Shown here piece after piece: positions 24,861-35,700 of a DNA stretch of 64,000 nt (the stretch's first letter is position 1; every line of letters starts with the position of its first letter). The notes beneath the pieces are model-generated. The model was given only the letters and a program-made list of their open reading frames with translations. It had not been told where the DNA came from and did not search any database. The position numbers were made by a program, and so were the translations under genes. The stretch lies in the NCBI GenBank assembly GCA_965112155.1, contig OZ218108.1. One strand, written 5' to 3'. The stretch is from Podarcis liolepis. Lineage: Eukaryota.

Positions 24861-25096
24861 CAGTGGTGCCTCGCAAGACGAAAAACTCACTAGATGAAAG
24901 GGTTTTTCAGTTTTGTGTTGCTTCGCTAGACAAATTTCCTTATGGGCTTGCTTCGCAAGACAAAAACGTCTTGTGCTTTTTTTAAAAGCCGCATGAAGAG
25001 GCGCAGTTGCGACGGACCATGCTTTGCAAGACGAAAAACATCGCAAGACGAAAAGACTCGCGGAACGAATTATTTTCGTCTTGCGAGGCACCACTG
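24861..25096. mobile_element. Tigger/pogo-like MITE, same subfamily as 18614-18937
   Basis: TA-CAGTGGTGCCTCGCAAGACGAAAA...TTTTCGTCTTGCGAGGCACCACTG-TA. Confidence 0.9.
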
Positions 25097-25775
25097 TATA
25101 AGAAACCATGCATTTATTATATTTTGCAGAATAAAATAAATGCATCCCAAAATTGTATGTTTGGTGAACATCCACTCTTATACAAGCTTGAAAACAAAAA
25201 TACTTTAAAGTAGTTCTCTGCTAATTATTTGGATGCTATTAATTTCTTCTCCATACGTTAATATGGGGGGGGGGGAGAGACTACTACCCAGAAAGTCAAG
25301 CTGCTTTTAAACCTGGTGATGATACTGAAGCAACCACTCCAGAGTTTTAAGTAGTATTTCTGCTGTGTAAAAGGTGAAAAGAAATTTCAAGTAACTACAA
25401 TACAACCAAGTGTTCTGACCCCAAACTTTTAGATAATAACTTATGATCATATTAGCACAATTAATCAGTTACAAATCCGTATTTACTCCTCTGATATTTG
25501 CACCCTATGACTGTAATTCAGTTAAGTGAAAATACCACTAGTGCAGCTAGGATTTTCTGGTTCACATAAAAATATATCCAACAATAGGATCCTAATGCAC
25601 AGGTGGTGTTCTTGGGTCACATACATTGTTCCTGGTCAAGAGCAGTCTGATCTCCTGATGTCCTAACCAAGTGAAATATATCCATTGCTAGTTTCTCAGG
25701 CGAGAGTGATGGCTGTTCCCACCCCCACTCAAATTTTGAACATTGCTATATAGACAGCATTAGAAAGAAATTGAA

Positions 25776-25915
25776 NNNNNNNNNNNNNNNNNNNNNNNNN
25801 NNNNNNNNNNNNNNNNNNNNNNNNNNNNNNNNNNNNNNNNNNNNNNNNNNNNNNNNNNNNNNNNNNNNNNNNNNNNNNNNNNNNNNNNNNNNNNNNNNNN
25901 NNNNNNNNNNNNNNN
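25776..25915. other. N-run (140 nt)
   Basis: Run of n. Confidence 1.
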
Positions 25916-26167
25916 CCCTTTTAAGGGATAAAAATAAAAGATACCAATTATTCAGAAGTCAGCCTATACAAACTGTATAAACAATATTTATGTCTTGCTT
26001 TGAAAACCACTGATATAGTAAATTTTACATAAAAGACTGCAAAATAATATAAATGGATTTAAACAGATCTTTACAATAAGAAATTCAAATGGAAACAGAC
26101 AAGTAACAAAGAGAAGTAAAAAAATTTATTGCAGTATTCGTTCCACCAGATTTGCTGGGGATCCCTT

Positions 26168-26447
26168 NNNNNNNNNNNNNNNNNNNNNNNNNNNNNNNNN
26201 NNNNNNNNNNNNNNNNNNNNNNNNNNNNNNNNNNNNNNNNNNNNNNNNNNNNNNNNNNNNNNNNNNNNNNNNNNNNNNNNNNNNNNNNNNNNNNNNNNNN
26301 NNNNNNNNNNNNNNNNNNNNNNNNNNNNNNNNNNNNNNNNNNNNNNNNNNNNNNNNNNNNNNNNNNNNNNNNNNNNNNNNNNNNNNNNNNNNNNNNNNNN
26401 NNNNNNNNNNNNNNNNNNNNNNNNNNNNNNNNNNNNNNNNNNNNNNN
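26168..26447. other. N-run (280 nt) in the NIPBL 3' UTR
   Basis: Run of n. Confidence 1.
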
Positions 26448-26709
26448 GAAAGGTTTTTTTTCAAGATATAAACAATTTTTGTTAAACTATTATACAGTGG
26501 GAGTAAAAATGAACTGAGAAGTTTCTGCTGCACAACAGCGAAGGAAGCTCCCACAAAAATGTTTACCAAACATTTCCTTCTGTTTCCTGCATCCCAGGTG
26601 TCATTCTTACTCTTCATTAAAATGATTTTTTTTTTGCCAGAAAGTTGATATTTCAAGTTTTTTTCTGTTATTTCATTTCCTGTAAAATTTGGCTGCATGT
26701 ACAAATGCA

Positions 26710-26754
26710 TTAGCTGGAAGTTCCATCCTTGGCGGCATACAACGATCGTAAAGT
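26710..26754 (-). CDS. NIPBL: NIPBL exon 47, visible end (isoform A C-terminus TLRSLYAAKDGTSS*)
   Basis: Reverse complement ACT TTA CGA TCG TTG TAT GCC GCC AAG GAT GGA ACT TCC AGC TAA; remainder is in the N-run. Confidence 0.9.
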   Translation of the reverse strand, partial: TLRSLYAAKDGTSS

Positions 26755-29700
26755 NNNNNNNNNNNNNNNNNNNNNNNNNNNNNNNNNNNNNNNNNNNNNN
26801 NNNNNNNNNNNNNNNNNNNNNNNNNNNNNNNNNNNNNNNNNNNNNNNNNNNNNNNNNNNNNNNNNNNNNNNNNNNNNNNNNNNNNNNNNNNNNNNNNNNN
26901 NNNNNNNNNNNNNNNNNNNNNNNNNNNNNNNNNNNNNNNNNNNNNNNNNNNNNNNNNNNNNNNNNNNNNNNNNNNNNNNNNNNNNNNNNNNNNNNNNNNN
27001 NNNNNNNNNNNNNNNNNNNNNNNNNNNNNNNNNNNNNNNNNNNNNNNNNNNNNNNNNNNNNNNNNNNNNNNNNNNNNNNNNNNNNNNNNNNNNNNNNNNN
27101 NNNNNNNNNNNNNNNNNNNNNNNNNNNNNNNNTTATTGCTTTTATTGCTTTTAATCCCTTGACGCCGGGAGTTGGGATTTCCCGGCACACATTCCATTGC
27201 CGGCAATGAGACGCACCGCGACCGCCAGCGCCAAGGGGTTAACATCCTTGCAAAATCACATATTAAATTGTACCCGTGTCTTTTAACTCTTATTGATATA
27301 TAAAATTATATGTACAAATGAATCATAAAGCTACATAAAAACTTGGCAACAATAAAAAGGATACACACAGTACATTCCAAAGGAAAATTAAACTTTATGC
27401 TAGATAAAATCTCTTCTATGTTTTTTATTGTTTTTGTTAGAACTTTCTACAAAAAGGTGTATAAACGGTTAAGAATTTCTATCTACAAAATGGTTTTTTT
27501 TCCATATTGATTACATTACTCAGTGTACATTTTATTATAGACTGACATTTATAAGCACATAAAATCATTTTACGTAATACGCTGCGAAATACGTTGACTC
27601 CTCCTCCGCCTCACCCCTGAAGTGCCTCCTCCTCTATCCTCCCCATCACTCTCATCATCCTCTGTCTCAGCTGCATTGTTTTTAGGGCTGCCTCCTCCGA
27701 GCAGCGAGGTAATAGCTTTGTTGCGAGCATTTGTGCTAGCTGACACTTCTCCATCTTCCTCTTCTTCATCAGGATCCAAGTGTTCCATGAGAAGTTTGAA
27801 CTAAGAAAGGATATTGGAAAGAAGATTAGATGAGTCAGGAAAACAGAAAAGAAAAAAAGGAAGGAGATGGTGTGCCAAGCCTTATGGGAGTAACCTTAAG
27901 ACAATTTGTGGAGTACACTATCAATTTAGTAGCATGTGACACATCTTTTCTTGGAGAAAGCAAGGATTGTGCTCTTCCTTAATAGGCCTTAAGGGGGCAA
28001 GGTTTTTAGATCTCTTACATGTTAGAGCCTCAATGTTAACCTTTGGCAATTGTGGGGAACTTTTGCTAGCACCACACCAACTCAAACCCAAGAGGGAGTC
28101 TTTTGACTCTTTGCCTGCTCTGTGGTCCATTTCTGGGCCAGGCCCAATGCATGAAATTTGCATTCGGTAGAAAGCTCCCAGTAGAACGAACAGAGACTCC
28201 CCTACAGCCCATAATGCAGATTGAAGGCATGGGGTGCCCCCAACCCAGATCGGGACAACAGCACACTAGGGTATGTTGGTAATGCGTGAAAGCAAACGCT
28301 TGTGCTCACTGGCAAATTCTGCAATGCCACATGTAGCTTGAGCCTACACGTTAATTTTTGCATGGACCATCTCAAGCTCGCTGTGACAGCCCAACCCAAT
28401 GACATTGCACTGTCAATGGAAAAATGATGCAACCTGCAGCTCATCCAATAGCCTTTAATTTGCCTACTTCTGTGCATTAGATACACATTTCTTCAGCAAG
28501 CAAACTGAAGAGGGCAACTTGCAGTGGAAGAAGTCAGCATACTCCATTCCTCACCTCTGAAGAAAAAAACAATTTCAGCCTGTAGCCACTGCTCTTCGTA
28601 TTTCACCTTCTAAATAACAAAAACTTAAAAGTATTTCAGAACATAGTTCAAGCGTTTTTATAAGGAAGTTGATAGGCAGTAAAATTCTGCAGGGGATGCG
28701 GGTGGCACTGTGGGTAAAACCTCAGGGCCTAGGACTTGCCGATCGTATGGTCAGCAGTTTGAATCCCCGCGGCGGAGTGCGCTCCCGTTGCTCGGTCCCA
28801 GCGCCTGCCAACCTAGCAGTTCGAAAGCACCCTCGAGTGCAAGTAGATAAATAGGGACCGCTTACTAGCGGGAAGGTAAACGGCGTTTCCGTGTGCGGCT
28901 CGCCAGAGTAGTTTTGTCACGCTGGCCACGTGACCCGGAAGTGTCTGCGGACAGCGCTGGCTCCCGGCCTCTAGAGTGAGATGAGTGCACAACCCTAGAG
29001 TCTGTCAAGACTGGCCCGTACGGGCAGGGGTACCTTTACCTTTTTAAAATTCTGCAGGCTCTCAATACTTACATCTAAGTACTGTTTGACTATATTCCTC
29101 TTCACTTCATCTGTGAGCTTGGAATGAGCCATATCACTTCGAAGGAAGTCTAGCGTCTGTTTTGGATGGAAATGAATTCCTGCCTTCCTGTTTATTGTTT
29201 TATCGTATACTTTTGCTGATTCAGAGGGAGAGTATTTCTGAATTTTACTGTTATCAAGAAAACAAAATGAATGCTTGAAGTTAATAATATTTCCCCACAT
29301 CCTTTGAAAGTAGAATCTATAAGCAATTCTTCTGAGTCCCTTAGGTAAAAATTCTTAGAAGAAGAGGAGTTTGGATTTGATATCCCGCTTTATCACTACC
29401 CGAAGGACTCTCAAAGCGGCTAACATTTTCCTTTCCCTTCCTCCCCCCGCAACAAACACTCTGTGAGGTGTGCATCTGAACTGTGATAATAGTTTTGCTT
29501 GCCTGAATAAAGGTTGGAGAGATGGGTTGGGTGTGCAGGAGGAAAGATCTGACTTTCGCATGGCTGGAATGTAACCTATAGTAAGAGTCACATCCCTTGC
29601 TCCACCAAGTTTTGCTTCCAGCCCCACCCATCACTGCCATGCACACCCTAGAACTTGCTCGCAAAAGAATGCAGCTCCCAGACTGAAAAGCTTCCCCACT

Positions 29701-32700
29701 CCTGAGATAAAGTAAGCAAAACATGAATGCTCCTCACCTGTCAGAAAATCCACAGAGGTTCTTCAAATGCTGTTTTAACATCAACAGCAACAATATGCCC
29801 TGGGAAACATTTGCAAATTCAATGAGAGGAGCTGAATTGTCTGGCAAACATTTCATGACAGCATTTATATCATTCTCTTCATCAGTATCTGAATCAGACT
29901 CTGCACGTTTTCGCAACTTTCGGGGTTTGTGAACTTCCTCCTCACTGTCACTGTCACTTTCACTGTTACTTTCACTCTCACTCTCTTCATCGGATGATGG
30001 CTTCCTTTCTTTTTTATATTTCACCATAGACTGAAAGAAAATGGCAGGTAGTTTAGAAAAATAGCAAACACCATTATCAATATATTATAAAAAGGGATTT
30101 GAAAACCGTTCTGACATGTAGTCATTCACCTGTATGAACTATCAAGAGAAATTAAGTGGTGAGATTTTGGGAAAGCAGGCTCAAAGGAACTACACACACA
30201 TCTAAGCTATTAAATATTCAACTCAGAATACATTCAATGCGTCCCACAAGACGACAGGATTGCTTAACTTGATTACCAGCAGCCCCCTACATGGTTGCAG
30301 CATTTCTTTTTTAATGTATGGGTGATCAATCTGCAGTGGGAGTGCAGGGCCCCAGCTGGTAGGCACAAGACTTGTGGCACGTTCGGAAAACAGCAATAGG
30401 GTTCATGGATCTGGTTACAGTACACAGACATACACTCTTGTCTGGCTTTCCTAATACCATGTTTCTGCCTAGACTACGTAGATTTGAGGCAAAGCCATCG
30501 TAAGGCAGAGGCATAGGAAGGTCATGTGGTACCCAGTGTGGAAAATTTATTGTCCGTCCCCCCCAACACACATTTATTTGTTTATTTATTTGCCTGAAAA
30601 AATTGTTTTACGTTATTTCATATTTTCTTACAAAGGAATGTAGATTCTGGGCCTCTGATAACAAGTAGGCGACTATGGACAGATATTTAAATCTACAGGA
30701 TGCATGTGTTTTGGCTTGTGTTATTTTATTTATAATTATTGTTTATGTATTTAATAAAATTTATTTTTAAAAACCTGCAAAGTGGTTTACCAAAACAAAA
30801 AAACCCACAGCAGTAAAATCAATAAAAATCGGCTGCGTGCAGGGGGTGAAGACAAGGAAAGGCCTAATCTACTCAGCCTAGTCTCATTTTTTTCACATAA
30901 GACGACTTTCCAGGACCAGGAAAGCCCAGCGGAGGGTAGGGCAGTAGGGTGGTTCATAAACTTTTTTTAAAAAAATGCCTGCTCCAAAGGTGTTATCTTA
31001 CTAAACTAGGGATTATATAGCTATATCTGAAATTTCATGCATATTAGTTAATATCTTGACCCTGCTCCACTGAATTGAAATTTCAGCCTTCACGACACAG
31101 GAAAATGGCCAAGTAAACAGCTATTTTTGTGGAGGAGGGAGGCAATGTTGTATAATATAATTCCACTTACCTCCTTAAATGACTGGAGAAGGTTACTACC
31201 AGAAACTGATAATGTGATGTCTATATGGTGCATTATAAAAAGTGGCTCTTCCTGGGTTTGGTAAGGAAAACAGGCTAGATTGTCTGCTATGTACAAAAGC
31301 TGATTCACCTCCGTTTTCTGTGGAAGTAGAAGAAAATAATAACAGACAGATACACATATACAATCATTTCTGTGCTCAATGAGCTCCATGCCACATTCTT
31401 GCTCCTTGAATACAGTATCCAGTGAGTTCCACCCAACATTTTTCTGGGGAGGGGGGATTTCCAAGTGTGACATCGCGTGTGCCCACACCCATTGCAAGAC
31501 CTGGTCCCTCAAGATTGGTAGGCTCAGCCCTGTCCCAATAGATTCTTTTGGGGGGGGGTGGCTGAAGACATCTCAGCCCTACAGAGTTGGCACATTTAGA
31601 AAGCATGGAGGAGATTCCGTTGTGCAAAGGCAAAGTAGTGGATTCCTACTACTTTGAATACAAACCATTATGCCTATTCCAAGTTATGAGCATGAAAAGC
31701 TCTTGCAATTGTAGCCACTGAAACATCACAGAAGGAATGGATTCTGTCTCCTGGTGCCTCTACCCACTCCAACTATAAATACAGGGGCTGTGCCAAAAAA
31801 AAACATAGAGCTCTTTTGGCATTGGAAGGAAGCTAAGATGAACCAGGAAAGCCACAAAGCATTCTGGGAAGAGAGAGGGATGGGTTTCACTCCTGTCAAG
31901 GAGAAGAAGTGAAAACTCAAATCTGACCAAGCAACTGCCTTGTTAACCCTAAGGATGGAATCCCGCATTTAGGAAAACCTATAAATATTATTGAATCAAG
32001 TTTAGCACTGTGTAGGGGGAATGCAACTTCATTTTTGTTAGCAATTCTCCAGGCCAGCCTCCCCCAACCTGGTACCCTCTAGATGATCTGAACCCCCATC
32101 AGCCCCAGCTAGCATAACCAATGGTTAAGGATGATGGGAATTGTAGTCTAAAACATCTGGAGGGCACATGATTGGGGACGGCTGCTCAAGACAATGAAAG
32201 AAATTTAAAAAATTGCCAAAGTTCAACATGTCACTACTTAATTTCTATGTAGTTATTATACTGCAACTTTTATACTATTTTCAAAACCAAATATTCTCTC
32301 CAAAGCAGATCATACTTCATCAAAAGCACTTTTTAAAAAGAGTACAGAAAAGGTCTGCATTAGACTCACAGCTGTGTCATCAAAGAGGTTGAGTAAGGAA
32401 ATGAGAAAGGCTCGTCGGTGTTGTCGGTTTCCTCGGATCATGGAGTAAAGGTGTGAGCACAAAGCACTGCTGGATTCATCATGCCTAAAACCCCTCACAG
32501 GATCTTTACGGCAAGTGTTGATTGCTTGCTGCACCTGGTATGACATCTTCATACCAGCCACTGCTTTCATCTGAAGTTAAAAACATTTATAAGTCTTCAT
32601 TTTGCTTAGGACAAACAGAAAGAGGCTGCCACAAAGATTTGAGCTCAAAGTTACCTGTTTCAGTTTCCCCAATAGCTTTCTAGTGAACAATTTTCAAATC

Positions 32701-35700
32701 ATTTGCTTTTTTATAGCAAACATGCACAATTTTGACACACTGATATACATGCTGCAGTTAGGGGAATTATTTGTGTTTTTAATATTTGTAGCCTTTCTAG
32801 GCCAAGGAAGAGAAAATATATGTGCGTTTTCTAGAGCTGTTCTAGTTGCAATGCAAGCATTTTTGTTACAATGTGAATTGAGGCAGAGTTCATATCTACA
32901 TTCCCAGTTTGTTAACCACAATTTAGCAAGCTAGGATTGTGCATCACGCATCATCTCTTCCCTGTGCACAGATCTTGATAAATGTAAGCTACAGTTGGTC
33001 ATTACTTCCAAAACAGGATTTAATATCAGATCAAATTGTACTAGTCAGTAAATACATTCCACCACCGTTCCCCATTTTATTAGCAGGTCTGTGACCATAT
33101 AATAAATGACTGGTTTGTTGGTTGGTTCCCCATTTTGGAAGTAATTACTGAATGGCTTCACTGGAAAGGAACAAAAATAAGCACAACAAACAGAAGCATA
33201 CATACATGAATAAATCCAGCATATTTTTTGTCAATCTCCACCAGCTGCTGGTCTGCTTTGTTCCTCATAGAAGGCTCTGGATCTGTGCCCATAGCTATTA
33301 AGTATGGCACACACTGAAAGACAGACAGACACTTAATGTAAAATCTTCACATATGCCTGCAGATGTCTATATTTTCCTCCTTTTATGTTGTACATGTTTG
33401 ACATGCTACAAATATCCATAGCCTGCAGAGCACCATAAAAAGAGGTCTGGAAAGGCTATGCGAACACCACAGAGCTACACTGTGAAAACTGTATAATTCA
33501 CTTCTTAATTTCAGTTAAGAACAGCAAAGTAGAATCAAGAATACCTGAAAAAGTCACTCAAATAATAGCACAACAGTTTAACCTAACCAGGTGGTCGTTT
33601 TTGAAACTTTGAACCTTTTCTGGAGCACCTCTTAAGAGGTTACAGATTCTATGAAAGAAAACCACCAGTTCCTGTGTTATTGTCTATCAGTCTGCAAAGA
33701 AACAGCTCATTAATGTATTACTGAAATCGTAAATTAATTTGCAGATTAACATGTGCAAAAAGTTTTTGTGAATACATTTTTTATTTTACTCCAAAGCAGG
33801 TGTATATAGGATAGCAGCCCAAATTATGCAATTGCATACCTGAACTGGATGGATAAGACCCTGGTTTAATGTCAGTGCAATAACATTGAGTGCGAAATGA
33901 CGGACGCTGGACTGCGTGTGAAAGAATGCCTCAAGGACCTGTTTGAGATAGAGCTGCATGATAGAGCTGCTCATCCCTGAGGAAATATCACCCATTTCTT
34001 TCAGATCTTCCTGCTTTGCTACCTTTTTCCCTATGAAAAAAACAGAAACGAAAGGAGATGTTTTATCAACACTTTTTATCACATTATATACATGTATATG
34101 GTTTTTCATACTATATGGAACACAGGTTGGGAACAGGCTTCCTAAGGAGGTATGTGCAATTTTTTAGTCGTACTGCTTAACTCCTTCCTAACCAAATCCC
34201 TGGTCCAACATTTGTATGCTTTGCCGGAAACAGAAACAGCATCTCATTCTTCCCTACTAACTCATTTCATCAATATAACATCACAACATTTCAGCATGTG
34301 CCTCCTCAATAATTGGGATGACTGAAAGGCCTCTTCAGAAATACCATCACCGCTGAAGATCAAAAGATACATAAACTTCTTTGTTGTTTTCAGCTGCAAA
34401 TGCTTAAAGTTTCATTACCTCTACAGGAGAAAAGCATTGCTTATTTCAGCATATGAAACCACACAATATCATTTCTGTTGTGGTTTACTACAGAGGTAGC
34501 AGAAAGACTTGAAGGGGAAGTGCCTTCTAGTTTAACTATCCAGATAAGTCTTCTAAAAGAACCTGCCACCAATTCCAAGTTGGGGGGGGGGGGAGAGTTT
34601 GCAGCAATTGCTCGAAAAAACCCAAGTATAGTTGAAAACTGAGCCAGAGCTCCTCAGAAGCCCCATCACTCTAGAGCAAGTAGGTGAGAAACTGGAAAAC
34701 AGCAGTTACTTTTGCAACTGCCATTGACAAAGGTTCTTTGAATAATTTGCATAAGCCCCGCCTGCTGAAGCAAGTGGGAGGAGTAATCCACTCCAGGGTA
34801 GCTGTCTCCAATGATGGAGAAACTACTTTTAACAGCCATTGTTTAAGTCCTTTTCTACATATGAAAAAGGCTAAAGTGGAAGAGCAGACTGTACCACTTC
34901 ATACTCCAGGTGGTAGCTGCTATGCTTTTAATGCTCCCTCTCAAGAAACCTTCTCTGAAAAGCAACACACACACGGTTCTGGCACAGCCTTTTCACTGCT
35001 ACGCCACTTTTCTTCTTGCAAATATGTTTTTACTTTGGGGGGTGCATTCAAAATGTGATTATACACCTTAGGTTTACTGCTTAAACTGCATTCAACCATT
35101 TCATTCTGCTGCACGTATAGATCTTTCCTAATTTGTTATCCCATTATCTGTAAAGTTTTCAATGCACAGAAAGCTCTTTGTGAAAACATCATCAGAGATG
35201 GAACTGAAAACTAAGTTGCAGTTACTTGATATTAATTACTTCTTTAAAATGTTTACTTAAAGTGCAACAATGCTCATCACTCACATTCTCTATCTGCCTG
35301 TTGCATCCGTGTATCTTCCTCTTGGAGGTATGTTTGGAGATTTTTTAACACCTGGATTTTTAAGTTTACTGAGCTGTTCTTATCAGAGAGTATGCTGTTG
35401 TATAATGTTTTCACTTCTTGTTCAAACATTAGACCTGGGTGTTGTATGAATGCAAACCCTGAAAAAAAATAAGATGATACAATTTGGTATATCCTTTTAC
35501 TGAAGCAGATTTTAAAAGAAGGTCCTGAGTGTTTATAAAAGGCCACATTCATATTTGCAGGCAACTTTATTTCAAATTCCTTTTGAAAACATACTGTGGC
35601 ACATTGTGGAATAATATTAGCTGCCTTACGACAGGACACAAAAAGTATATAGATACACAAAGTGGGTACTAGCCCATTTTAGAAGCATTAGAATTTCTCT

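Noticed and set aside
25771-27245. Long ORFs containing X runs
   Set aside because: Artefacts of the N-runs; only 26710-26754 is supportable coding sequence.
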